64,000 nt of DNA from Trypanosoma brucei (GCA_000002445.1 CH464491.1:4224001-4288000), one strand, 5' to 3'; counted from the first letter of the stretch, positions 1 to 10,735 are shown. Numbers and translations are program-made. Notes: a model not told the origin generated them from the letters alone.

Positions 1-157
1 CAATGAACACAGCGGTACACTTCACATACTTCTGCACCATATATATTGTTACAATATGCACATGTTACAACTTCCTTTTCAATGCTATACTTGTGGTGTC
101 AATACATGCAGAAAGACATGCAATAAACTAAGATACGACAAGAAAGAAAATTAAGAT

Positions 158-826
158 ATGACTCAGCAGCAACCCCCTACATATCAGCAAGTTGTCGGAA
201 TAGTGGAAAGTTTTGGAGTAGAAGCAAATGCGACAATAGAACAATACCTCAGAAAATCACAAAGCAGCGGGTGGCAGACACTAATTCTCAACACCTGTAC
301 GACACTAACAAATATTAGGCGGATACATGAAATTACTACACTACAACAATTACAGTTGATAAATTGCCAAGGTATTACTGATATCAGTGTCCTGAGGGAT
401 TTCAGGAATTTGATAGCACTTGATATTTCCTATTGCAATAATATTCGTGTTTTTAATGTTCTGAAAGGTTGCATGAAGTTGAAGTTAGTTAATGTTTCTT
501 GTTTGGGCGTTCAAGATGCGAGCTTTTTTGGTGGCATTACTTCACTTATGGCTGTGAAGCTTCGTTATTGTGGTCATTTAGGTGATACGTCTGCACTTAG
601 GGGAATGAGTCAACTGAGGGCGTTCGACGTCACAGATTGTTATAATACTAGTGTGGATACAGATTTTTTAAAAACTCTTCCGTCATTGGATACAATCCAT
701 ATGTCTGAGAATTGTGTTGATGATGCGATTCTTTGTGAAGTTAGAGGAAGAGGGGTGAACGTAAAAGAGGTGGAGTTGCCTTTGAAGGGGATGGGGCCCA
801 AGCAACTTGGTGAAAAAATAGCTTAA
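158..826 (+). CDS. Leucine-rich repeat protein (LRRP/ESAG8-like LRR region); 222 aa, probably a truncated copy or fragment
   Basis: The translation shows ~24-residue LxxLxLxxC/N repeats (LDISYCNNIRVFNVL, LKLVNVSCLGVQD, LRAFDVTDCYN), typical of trypanosome LRRP/ESAG8-type LRRs. It is the only convincing plus-strand ORF. It is far shorter than full-length LRRPs and lacks an N-terminal RING, so fragment or pseudogene status is possible. Confidence 0.5.
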   Translation: MTQQQPPTYQQVVGIVESFGVEANATIEQYLRKSQSSGWQTLILNTCTTLTNIRRIHEITTLQQLQLINCQGITDISVLRDFRNLIALDISYCNNIRVFNVLKGCMKLKLVNVSCLGVQDASFFGGITSLMAVKLRYCGHLGDTSALRGMSQLRAFDVTDCYNTSVDTDFLKTLPSLDTIHMSENCVDDAILCEVRGRGVNVKEVELPLKGMGPKQLGEKIA

Positions 827-2703
827 TGAGTTGGCTGTGGTTGAATGTCTTCTGTTGTGAGAATTTTTGCGGCGCTGCGCCACTTCGCGGAGTTTCACTA
901 GTGTTTGTCTGGGTACCGAAGAAAGGGTTCGGGGAAGTTGAAAACTCTCACTATTTCGATAAGGGTGGTCATTGGAGGTACGGGTAGTGGACGCAGGGAA
1001 TATGGAACTAGACAAGGGCGTTGAAGTTTAACTCTTCTCTTGGGTTTGCTGTTGAGGATATGCAGTTATTAAGTCCCTCGAGAGAGCTTGAAGAATCGGC
1101 GTTAAATTTGTGGGGAGGTATCGGAAGATGCCATGGGTAATCTTCACTCGTCACAGAATTGATGTTGGGTTTAAACTAAAGACAATGCCGCGGATGGATG
1201 TTTTGCTACACTCGGCAATGTAAATGAAAATGACGATCGCAAAATTGGAACCCCTGTTGGTTGTGGAGTGTGGCAGTGCTGTGGTCGTCGGAACCTTGGG
1301 TGGTGCGGTGGTGCTCTTGGAGCTGTCGTTGGGTGGGGGTAAACAACCGCAAGTGTAAGGAGCGTCATTAGTGAGCTCCTTAGTTTTCGCAGGCTATTTT
1401 TGAACAGGGCTCCAACGACGACCGGTAGTTACGAAACCCTAGAAGCACGCGTGGACACGCTGAGATTGGGACTTCTCGTTTGTAAACCATTCACTTGCAG
1501 GTGCTCCAGGTTATGCGTGAATCACATGGCTGTTGGTGTCCTTCCACGCGAGTTGTAACGCATGATACTCCACTAGTGCGGTTTAAATGTTAAAAATTTC
1601 GGCGCACAAATTGCGGCGATGCGCCTCGAGGTTTGGGCATTGCAGGTCGTATAAACCACCATGAAGGGTAAGCGAGCCCTTACGGCGACAACATCCTTCA
1701 ACTTCCGAGGCACAACAACAGTTCTGCAGCTGCAGCCGCTTAAGTTTGTAATTAAGTCGCGATGGTGCGCGTCCCATCATTAGTAAATGCGAACGCGCTG
1801 AAGTGCTGGGGATCATCTTGGATATGTGCCGCCAAACGAGGATCCTACGATATTCCGAGGCGCCGGAGATGCGTTTCTACTAACGCGATCTACGGTATGA
1901 TGAGGCGAAGAAGTGTTGGGACGCAAAGGTCAGTGGAAGAGAGGTAAGGTTAACTAATCACCTGGGGTTAGTATTCCAGCGTGTGTGATCCAAATCTTGC
2001 CTGCAAAACATTTTAACCGATCCGCATGTGCCCATAAGTGTGTATACGGGTGCTGTTTTTGGTGGTGGGATTGGTGGCTATTTCCCACCTTCTTCTAAGA
2101 CTCTCTATATCCTTCTGCCAATCATTTAGTAGCGTTGGCGGTGAGTTAAACTAAGAAATAAACGGGCGAACACCCAGGTAGCCGGAGGTATGAGACGCGG
2201 ATAATTGTGGGGGTCTCTGCTTTCTGTGCTCATCGCAAGTTCGACAGCTTACGGAGCTGCAGTGGGGTGGCACTGGGCGAATTATTCCCTCCGCTCTTCT
2301 TCCCATGTAACGAAAAGGCCGGTTAAACCAAGGGATGGATGGATGTCGGCAGCGGGCGTATATCTGTTGCTTGTGGGTCCGAGTTGGCGGCAGCCTTTCA
2401 CGTATTTCCCACTGTTCGGTCTGGTCAGCGTGTTCTTCGGTGCTCGCATCGGGCGTTGCGAAGAAAAGATTGACGTGTTTTATTATAAGGTAGGGGTTCG
2501 GAGCCTTGGCGGATACACGCGTACGTATATGGGCCAAAAGAAGGGCCAGCGAGAAATACCCCCTTCCCGAGGAGAGCACCAGCTCGGCAAAGTTTCGATG
2601 CTCTCCCATTTCCGGAGTTATAGAGGCCGGGAAGGCCCAAGTGATGAAGCCGTAAAAGTATTTGGTGGAATAAGTGCTGTACACTTCATCGCTGAATGTT
2701 TTG

Positions 2704-2756
2704 TTTTTTTTTTGGGGGGGGGCGTCACTCCGCCATATATATATATATATATATAT
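2704..2756. repeat. Composite simple repeat T10-G9 ... (AT)11
   Basis: Read directly: tttttttttt ggggggggg gcgtcactccgcc atatatatatatatatatatat. Confidence 0.9.
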
Positions 2757-4497
2757 CTTCCCCTGTTTGCAAATACGCCAGGTGGGGCCCACCTGCCTCA
2801 GAAATACTTGGCTACACTTAAGACGCTTTCGGCCAACACTACCTTGGGCCATGGTGCCACCCCACATCCCTTTACCTTCTGCTCCGGAGTAAATGGCATG
2901 CGGCAATCACATGATGTTTCAGTTATATCGGAAGAAGTATCCCGTATCTCTCCATCTTCAGGTGCCGTACGCAACCCACACAAGCGATGTTGTGGGAAGT
3001 GACGCCCTCTCTATCGGCCAGCCGGTTGGTTAAATTTAGCAAAGCTCTCGTGAACAACTTTCAGTAACGCACTTTCATGATGGCGCTCCCCCTCCTTGGA
3101 TTCATTCCATCTCTGCTCACTCCCTGTTGAAGAAGAAATGAGAGGCGTTACACGAGCCAGCGTTGCCATGTATTGCACGACTCTCCGAATCCGTTACTTA
3201 TTTGCGCTCATGCTCTTACTATTGGCATCATTGTTTGCTCAGTGAGAGTCCCTTTTCCTATTCCATTTTGCTGCGCAAATCCCTTTCAATTATCAACACG
3301 CTTGGATACAACTTGGCACCTAAAGCAAGTTTGTAACCGGTTTGGTTTCGGTCGCTATGAGTGCCTTAGCACGTATTTGCTGATGTGGCCCCATTGCTTC
3401 TTTCCCTTTTACTTCCTGCTATCCGTGCCGTCCGGAATCATCGTTCCCTTTTCTGTGTTTACGGACTCCCTCAAAACTATACAAATGTGTAAGAATGATC
3501 ATGAGGGCGCCGTGGCAATAAGGGCGTCTGTGTGCACAAGTGGCTTCGGAGCCATATTTTATTTCCCACCTACCCGTTTCTTTTCAGCCTGCCAATGTTT
3601 TCCCCGCCGTATGCTTTACTTTCGAGTCGAATCGAGAGTGAAGCAAATTGCACTCGCAACGTACCGCTGGATCACGAGTCCTCTCTTCCTTTGATTAGTG
3701 AGGTGGAAGTGTCGTGAATCCTTCAGGAGGTGTTACTAAGTTTGGTCCACCCTTTACCGACTTCCGCTGTTGATTCTAACGGCTGTATCATCCACATTCT
3801 CGGCTCCACCCTCCGGTGTGCTTCTCCGTGAAAGCGGCTAAAGTTACTGGAAATGATTGCATAAAAACCGCACAGGGACGATTCCCTCCACCACCGTGGT
3901 GAGTTGTACCTTCTCGGGGTGCTGCGATTTTGCCTCACGGTAACCTTCATAGTAATGTTCACGATTCGAGCCGGGAATATTATGGGGCAGTCTTTTCCCA
4001 CTCTCCAGCAGCAATGATGCCGCCCTCGTTTTCATTCCGGTCCGCCGCGCAGTGGGGAAAAGCGGAATGAATTAATACGAATGCGTATGCCTCTGCTGAC
4101 TAGTTTCATAGTCAGTCAACTTCCATGTGTGGCAGGCGGTTCCCACCTTGAATTCGAGTGGAGCTTGTTTTAAAGGGCTACAAAGAATGACATGTAGTTT
4201 GTAAAATATGGCTACTTTTGTCTTACACACGGATCCGTCCTTTATTTCTTTCCGGTAACTTTCACGGTACCATCTACAGTGACACACCCTCCCTGAACAA
4301 AAGTTGTATGATAATCTTCTGGCATTTCGCTACCCATCTACTCTTTTACTCGGCGTACCGAAGGAAACAATATTTGCACTGGAGGATGTTTCTGGCCTTA
4401 CAAATACATCTGTCCACAGTGATTTGTTTGCTTTTTTTTTCCTTTGTATCTACGATTCATCACTTTGTGTATGCACTACTTCCTTTTTCATTTGATT

Positions 4498-4590
4498 GGA
4501 GGGGGGGGGGGGGAGGGACTCATCATTTAGTCCTCATAGAGGAGGAAATGTTTATGTGCATTTCGAGGCCCCTCCCCCCCCCAAAAAAAA
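4498..4590. repeat. Inverted homopolymer pair G13-A-GGG ... CCCC-T-C9 followed by A8 (potential hairpin / G-quadruplex-forming element)
   Basis: 4501..4517 is ggggggggggggg a ggg; 4569..4582 is cccc t ccccccccc. The C tract is the reverse complement of the G tract with a ~50-nt spacer. Poly-A at 4583..4590. Confidence 0.85.
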
Positions 4591-5245
4591 GAAAGCATGT
4601 GTCGCTTTTCTCCAGTGTTTTAATTGTATATATCGCATCGGCAGTCGGCCCGTAATGATTGGAGTTGCTACTGAAGCAAAATGGGGATAATACCGGGTGT
4701 GCAACAACTTGGCTGTGATATGGAAAGGTTTTTTTTTGCCCGCTCATATCTCTTTTCTTCCCGATTCTCCTTTTTTTTTATTTCTTTCCCTCCGTTGGGT
4801 CGAAGCATATCCACAAACTCGCAGTATGGAATCTAAAGCAAACCAGTTGCATTGTTAGTTAATATGCCTTTTTTTTCCGCATTTCGCAACTCCTAAAGAA
4901 GCGTGAGCGCAAAAAGAAACCCGGCGGGAGCGGAAGTAGGAATAAGTGAATGTCGGCCACATCACATCTGCGCTGGGGCAACCTCTACACTGCAATTGTA
5001 CAAACGAGAAGTAAAATGAGAACCGGAAGGGTGAGAGAATAATTAACAAGAAAAAAAAAGGAAAACGGCTCCTACGAGACGACATATTCAAAAATATGTT
5101 GCATCGGTTGAGGTGGCAACACACCAACAACCAGTGGGACGGCAGGGCTTCGCATGACGAATGGGAGGAGACGCGTTTTCTTGAAGTTTCATTCCCCCCA
5201 AAATGTTATTCATTTTTCCCCTTTTTATGATGGTTTACATTCGAA

Positions 5246-5278
<33 letters not shown>
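5246..5278. repeat. (AAT)n microsatellite
   Basis: aataataataataataataataataataataat read directly. Confidence 0.9.
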
Positions 5279-5280
<2 letters not shown>

Positions 5281-5655
5281 CATCAACAATAGTTTAAGGA
5301 ATGTCCCTTGACAAAATATAAATACATGAAGAGAAGGATAGGAAAGGGAGGGGCTCATGTTGAAATGCAGCACACATTTATCATCATTACCGCTTTGTGT
5401 TTCATTCGATTATGGGACTCACTACACCTTTTTATCCTCCTTCATTGGGAACATGAAAGTCGATGTAAAGTAAAGTGAAGGAGACATAGCGGACATAAAC
5501 GAGTAAATGTTGAAACGCAATTCACTTTTTTCTTCCCACTTGGAAAGTCCCTCTGTTGTTCATTAGGTCGTCCCATATTCCTTTTCATTTCCTTCTCCCT
5601 TTACAAATAATAATAGTAATAATATATCACGCAAAAGTGAGTGATATACAAGTGG

Positions 5656-5684
5656 AAAATAAATAAATAAATAAATAAACAAAT
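5656..5684. repeat. (AAAT)n microsatellite
   Basis: aaataaataaataaataaataaac read directly. Confidence 0.85.
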
Positions 5685-5907
5685 CCGAGACGCTCGATTT
5701 AAGGTACATTTCAAAAAAAAAAGGAAAAAAAAGGGATCATGGCGCTAACAGAAAAAGAAAAAAAGAGAAAACGCTTGTATCGTCTCTCGCACAATTTCCA
5801 AGGGGTCACTCTCACTAACATTTTCTACATTCATCCCCTCACTTCGTTTCATAACTCCCTCTTACTTTCCCCCTTTCTTTTTCCCTTCAGCATTTTAAAA
5901 GATTACA

Positions 5908-6306
5908 TCATGATGTTTGAGCGGGCCCATTCGATCCATTTTCAGGAGCTGCCGCCGTTGCACCAGCTGGCAGAAGCCCCAGTGGGGACGCGTGATCTGC
6001 AGGACCCCACTTCCGCAATGTCTCCAATTTTTCTTTTATTTCGCTCATCTGCTCTGCCAACCTGGAACGGGTTAACTTCACTTTATCCAACTTCGCCTTT
6101 ACGTCCTTTTCCGCCTTTTCAATTTCTGCTCTTTGCTTTGCAAGTTCCTTCTGTTTGTATTGCAGCTCCTTTGAGTTCTTCTCACACAAACCGTCTTCCG
6201 TCCTCATTTCCCCGAGGAGTTCGGTGAAGAGGTCCATGTTTTGCTTCCGGAACTCCGCCTCACGCCGTGAAATGACGGCTTGCATCTCAACAAGCTTGCG
6301 ATCCAT
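5908..6306 (-). CDS. Small coiled-coil protein (132 aa), hypothetical; last gene of the minus-strand unit before the strand switch
   Basis: K/E-rich heptad-like sequence (QYKQKELAKQRAEIEKAEKDVKAKLDKVKLTRSRLAEQMSEIKEKLETLRK) looks like a genuine coiled coil. The overlapping plus-strand ORF 5739..6227 is P/L/S/F low-complexity, the typical antisense shadow of a K/E-rich gene. Start ATG at 6304..6306 (cat on plus), stop at 5908..5910. Confidence 0.4.
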   Translation of the reverse strand: MDRKLVEMQAVISRREAEFRKQNMDLFTELLGEMRTEDGLCEKNSKELQYKQKELAKQRAEIEKAEKDVKAKLDKVKLTRSRLAEQMSEIKEKLETLRKWGPADHASPLGLLPAGATAAAPENGSNGPAQTS

Positions 6307-6682
6307 AATTCAGAGTGTTTTGTTTGCCCTTGTGTTCTTTTTTCTTTCCCACTTCTCGTTCTCCTGTTTTGACTATTCACCAGCCTGTTTACTCTGCTAG
6401 TAGAAACGCGTTCCAAACGAATGAGCAGAAGGTTTCGCTTGCACACTAGCTCACAATTTCGGCTACAGTATAACTACGCTGTGGGATTGGATTCGTTAAA
6501 GTGTGAGTAGTCCTTTCCTCCTTTACGTCGCTAATGTTTGGTTTGCTTTTAAATAACAGAAACTTACACAGCAAAACGAAATGGAATAACCGCAAGTATG
6601 TTGTTGTTCAGAAAATGATTCGCTGTTGAGACGGCCTCAGTCGAACCACTTTGTACAAAAATACAAAGAGACGCATGTACAT

Positions 6683-6683
6683 A

Positions 6684-6714
<31 letters not shown>

Positions 6715-6716
6715 AT
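6683..6716. repeat. (AAAT)n microsatellite
   Basis: ataaataaataaataaataaataaataaataaat read directly. Confidence 0.9.
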
Positions 6717-7561
6717 ATATGTATTGCCTTGAATAGACCATACGTGCACATGTGAATAATACATATAACATACTGCCCATACATTGCGGGGACCAAATCA
6801 GTCACCGGACATCAAAAACAAAAACACAACACTGTAACGGTTTCTTCTACACGGACCAAACCATTTCCGTTCCTCTCCTTTGTCCCCCCTCTCTCTCTTC
6901 CATTACTTCTCAGGAAAGAATATATAAGGCAACTCCCTCCAACGAAATATGAACAAAGAAAATGAACTCCACACACCGTATCAAAAAACCAAATATATTA
7001 ATAATAATAACAATACAATAAATAAATAAAATTACACAGCAATGCAGAAGAGAAAAACTAACACGCAAAAATTTAAGCACATGCATTTTTTTCTTTTTTT
7101 CTTTTGCTACATTACATAGCATGATAGGAATGTGATTTAACAAACAAACAAAAAGATCTCATAGAAGTGTGGGGTGTGAGTGAGGAGGAGTGACGAGAAG
7201 GGAAGATATGGAAGAAGGGTGGCGAGAAAGAAGAGAAAAGAGAGGAAATGAGATGAAAGGCACCGCTCAAAAAACACAAAAAACAAGTGAGAGACTATCT
7301 TGTTGATATGCAACCCGCTGCTGCGTAACGTGCGTGTTTTCTCTTCTCTTCTTTTTTCTTTTTATTATTTTGAATCGGTTGACACTTGTCCATGCGCTAA
7401 AACACTTCCTCAGGTACCGCTGATGTTCTCCTCTTAGTGTTGTATCCCTCGATGCCAGCACACATATTTCATTTTCTCCTTTTCTCTTCCTTAGCATCTT
7501 TTCTGTTCCGCCTCGCCCTGTTCCAAAGGGTGTCCGCTTCACATCTTTCAATTATTCACTG

Positions 7562-9679
7562 TTACCTTTTCGCCATGAACTCTTTGCTCTTGCGGTAGAG
7601 GTGCACAAAACTCTGGTTAACTGAATTGGTGAGATAACTCGCATTGTGCTCTGTCTGACATAAGCTAATTAACTCCTGCGATTTCTTGTTGTTGTGCATA
7701 ATTGCTTTTAATTCCGGAGGCACTGATTTTTCGAAAGCAGCCACATCCACCAGAAAGGCCTCGGTCAAGCCGTAACTCGTCACGGTGTAGGTGTAGTGCG
7801 TCTTGAGAGAGGCGTATTCGTACGCCCCCAAGATTCGACTAATAAACAACTTGTCAGCAAGGGACCTCCGCCTTGAGATGCTTTCATAAGGACTCACAAC
7901 ATCTCCCCCCGGAGACGCGTCACCGGATACGGTTATCCTCACCGTAGCATATTCCCCCTCCTCGGTAGAGATGGTCGTCTCACAAACACCGCTATGTATG
8001 ATAACAAACCGCTGAAACTTTTGTCCCTGAATCACAAGCTTCTCATCGTTGAGGAAAATGGTTGGGACGCTCATCTCCCACATACGCATCATTAGCTGGC
8101 GCGTAAGACAAAATTGGATGAAAGGGTCCTTGGAAAGGGAACGAGGGACGGCACAGGGTTTCTCCACTTCCATCGCACGATGGGATTTGGCTGCTCCGCG
8201 GCAGTATAGGAAAGCTGCCGGTTCGCTCATTCCAACATCCATAAGAGCTTCACGGCTTATCCTCCAGATGTCACAATAGTTCTGGCTTATTATGGTACAC
8301 TTTTTTCGCTCGTTAACGCTGCAAGCGCACTCAAATATCCCCACACAACTGCCGCGCGGGACAAGGCGCTGGTTGCCGCTTGCCTCCAGGAGAACAGCAA
8401 CGCCATCTTGTATGAAGTAAGCGGAGGGGTCCAGCTCCGACTTGGAGAAGAGGTGATCATTATTGTGGAGGACGATGGGCTCCGCCTTGCTAATAATATT
8501 TTCCAGGGCGGCGTTGCTGAATTGCACAAAATAAGGGAAACTACGAAGAAATTCCACACGCAGAGGGAAAAACCTCTGCAAATTGGCGCGCCTCCTCACA
8601 TCTGTTGCTTCCCGCTGTTTGCTCTTGATTTCCTGGCTCAACTGTTGGGCGACCTCCTCGAACCCCTCGGGTGGCACGCTCCATACGCCAACATCGGTTT
8701 CACAAATAATCGACGCACTTCTCGGCTCCTTACACACGAGAGCAAACTCGCCCACATAACATGGCGGCGAAAGCGTAAAACAGGCTTTGCTATTCTCCTT
8801 GATGCGCCTCTTCCCCTTCTCTCGATCGTTCATGATCACCGAAATGGTTCCAGCTGTGATCATGTACATGCAACGGTCCACATCTCCTTCATGCATCAAA
8901 TACGAGCCCTCCTTCAGATACAGCGGCCGGGCCTTGTGTCCCAGTTGCTCTAACAATTTATTTGGCCATCCATCAAAAAACGTACCCTGCATTCGGTGAA
9001 TAATGGAGGGGGTTGGGAAAGGAATTTTGTCCAAATTGTCCCGCGTTAACTCCGCGGCTAGCATCCGTTTCCTCTGCACGGCCAACCGTCGTTTGATAAT
9101 CGGCAGTAGGCGGAACTTAATCTTCTCCATTGCTTCGTAGTCGCGCCGTTCTTTGATAAGAACAGTGAGGAAAACATGTGATGTAATAATTGTGTACCAC
9201 CTCGCCGCCCGGTGTTGGCGAACCTCCTCAATTAACACGTTCTTCAGATTTAAATGCCGCCTAAAAATGTACTCCCTTCTTGGGCGCTCATGTTCGTAGG
9301 CCGCGCGAAGCTCATTCTGTGCTCTAGCCTTAAGCTCGGCGCCACGCATTCTAACGTTTTCAAGGTATTCAACCTCGTTTCTTGCTTTTACATTACTGAG
9401 CCGTCGCAGGAAGTTCTCCTCGTTCAGCGGTTCGCACCTGCGCAGCCTAGAAACAATAGCTCTCTTTTCCCAGTCCGTGAAGACGCTGTTCATATTTATG
9501 TTCTCCACTATTTGGGCATACCGTCGCGAGCCTTGTCGCTGGGGCGGCAACGGGGGAACCGTGAAGGGTTGGACAGGCTCAGTGCCCTGAAGAATGTCAT
9601 CGCACGACGGCACGTCCGTTCGTGTGAGAAGCCAGTCATGATCACCCATAGCGTAGTCTGGGTATTCATAACTACCCAT
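7562..9679 (-). CDS. CARP1: Cyclic-nucleotide-binding-domain protein, 705 aa, two CNB domains, no kinase domain (cAMP response protein CARP1-like)
   Basis: Two cNMP-binding beta-barrel signatures are present. One is GSYLMHEGDVDRCMYMITAGTISV ... GEFAL. The second is KLVIQGQKFQRFVIIHSGVCETT ... GEYATV. No protein-kinase motifs. The length (705 aa), two-CNB architecture and position upstream of the XPB-R/ATG4/Myo21 neighbourhood match my recollection of T. brucei CARP1. I recall this from the literature; I did not check it against a database. Confidence 0.6.
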   Translation of the reverse strand: MGSYEYPDYAMGDHDWLLTRTDVPSCDDILQGTEPVQPFTVPPLPPQRQGSRRYAQIVENINMNSVFTDWEKRAIVSRLRRCEPLNEENFLRRLSNVKARNEVEYLENVRMRGAELKARAQNELRAAYEHERPRREYIFRRHLNLKNVLIEEVRQHRAARWYTIITSHVFLTVLIKERRDYEAMEKIKFRLLPIIKRRLAVQRKRMLAAELTRDNLDKIPFPTPSIIHRMQGTFFDGWPNKLLEQLGHKARPLYLKEGSYLMHEGDVDRCMYMITAGTISVIMNDREKGKRRIKENSKACFTLSPPCYVGEFALVCKEPRSASIICETDVGVWSVPPEGFEEVAQQLSQEIKSKQREATDVRRRANLQRFFPLRVEFLRSFPYFVQFSNAALENIISKAEPIVLHNNDHLFSKSELDPSAYFIQDGVAVLLEASGNQRLVPRGSCVGIFECACSVNERKKCTIISQNYCDIWRISREALMDVGMSEPAAFLYCRGAAKSHRAMEVEKPCAVPRSLSKDPFIQFCLTRQLMMRMWEMSVPTIFLNDEKLVIQGQKFQRFVIIHSGVCETTISTEEGEYATVRITVSGDASPGGDVVSPYESISRRRSLADKLFISRILGAYEYASLKTHYTYTVTSYGLTEAFLVDVAAFEKSVPPELKAIMHNNKKSQELISLCQTEHNASYLTNSVNQSFVHLYRKSKEFMAKR

Positions 9680-10171
9680 CTCTCCCCTCCCTTTTCTGAA
9701 TTACTAAAAATTTATCCAGCCAACCACCAGTTGTGGTTTTATCAATATTACGTACCGCTGTAGTTAGCCGCGCGTGCGCGCCTACCCGACGCTGAGGGCA
9801 GGGGAAAGAAAGAGAAGTGAAGAAGGTAGGATGAACGCAAATGCTAAGGAAGTATACGAGCAAGAAAGTGAGTTCCGATGGACGAAATGGGTAACCCCCG
9901 GTTACATGAATGGTATGGTGGCGATGCACAAAGCCAGTCGTGCACGTGAGTAACAAATAACGCACCGAATATTACAAATTCAATGTGCAGGAATCCAGTT
10001 ATACTGATTAAGACGATAATGTTTGCCTTTTGTCTTGGAGGTGGTGAACCTCTCTCACTGGCATCAAACTCTCCCTTTGCAGCAACTGCCAATCAAATGT
10101 CCGCACACGAACCCTCCATTGGATATGGTGTAACACAAGCAGCAGGAGGGACGAGCGAGTGTGAGTAAAAT

Positions 10172-10735
10172 TTATGCTCCATCATTGTCCGTGCACTTAG
10201 TTTTTCGCTTCACCTTATGCTTTACACGGTGCAAATCACTATCACTGAGTTCGTTAGGCCCGTTCCAGCGGCCCAACTTTTTCAGCGTCGCCTTCACCTC
10301 CTCCACATCCTCGGGCCGAATCCTGTCGTGGTAACGACGGATGAACTCCTCAAGACTCACCGGGTCAATATGATTGTGAGAAGCCCTGAGCGTGTCGGTG
10401 TCGTACTTGAAGAACATCTCATTGGACTTGCCTTTGCTGTACACAGGAATCAGCCCAGCGCGTATACCTTCATATATTTGCTGGCCGCGGATATTTTGCA
10501 GCTCTGCTTCCTCGGGGGAATCATTACGATGACACCAAAATTCAAACTTGGTTTGCTTCCATGCCGCCACTATAGTCTTGTGGTCCGTGTCAAACTTGCG
10601 TATATACAGTTTGAGAAGCTGGCGGTATAATAAAGCCGGTGAGATACACTTGAACTCTTTTGATGCAATCGGCCCCTCGGGTTTTGGAGAAATAAATTCT
10701 ACTTTACTCCGAAAAAGGGACGGATTACGGCGCAT
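10172..10735 (-). CDS. LYR-motif protein, NDUFB9 (complex I B22)-like; likely start at MRRNPSLF, 14 codons inside the 201-aa ORF (10172..10777)
   Basis: N-terminal LYR signature ALLYRQLLKLYIRKFD. Downstream, KFEFWCHRNDSPEE resembles the NDUFB9 motif EEFWYRQHPQP. The first 14 residues of the long ORF (MLYFLGDSCSIFFF) look like a non-coding read-through. Confidence 0.4.
   Translation of the reverse strand: MRRNPSLFRSKVEFISPKPEGPIASKEFKCISPALLYRQLLKLYIRKFDTDHKTIVAAWKQTKFEFWCHRNDSPEEAELQNIRGQQIYEGIRAGLIPVYSKGKSNEMFFKYDTDTLRASHNHIDPVSLEEFIRRYHDRIRPEDVEEVKATLKKLGRWNGPNELSDSDLHRVKHKVKRKTKCTDNDGA

Larger units (their letters stand above)
827..5907. other. Gene-free convergent strand-switch region (likely Pol II transcription termination zone) between the plus-strand LRR ORF and the minus-strand polycistron
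   Basis: No ORF longer than 270 aa. Short ORFs on opposite strands overlap each other (2151..2906 minus, 2205..3002 plus), so none is credible as coding. Gene orientation converges on this interval. The 900..4200 portion is GC-richer than flanking AT-rich spacers. Confidence 0.55.

Noticed and set aside
1-157. Possible telomeric or subtelomeric repeat at the window edge near the LRRP-like ORF
   Set aside because: No TTAGGG hexamers, 177-bp or 70-bp-type repeats are visible. The LRR ORF alone does not establish a subtelomeric or expression-site context.
2493-2505. ggggttcggagcc resembling a tRNA T-arm (GGTTCGAnnCC)
   Set aside because: Flanking sequence offers no acceptor stem, D-arm or anticodon arm at the right spacing. 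I found no other T-loop or D-loop-like boxes in 830..5900. No tRNA called.
2151-3002. Mutually overlapping 251-aa (minus) and 265-aa (plus) ORFs in the strand-switch block
   Set aside because: Two long ORFs overlapping on opposite strands in a GC-rich stretch is the expected chance result of low stop-codon frequency. Translations are low-complexity (G/R/S/P-rich) with no motifs. Treated as non-coding.
5739-6227. 162-aa plus-strand ORF overlapping the coiled-coil ORF
   Set aside because: P/L/S/F-rich low-complexity translation, the typical antisense image of a K/E-rich coiled-coil gene. The minus-strand reading is the more protein-like of the two.
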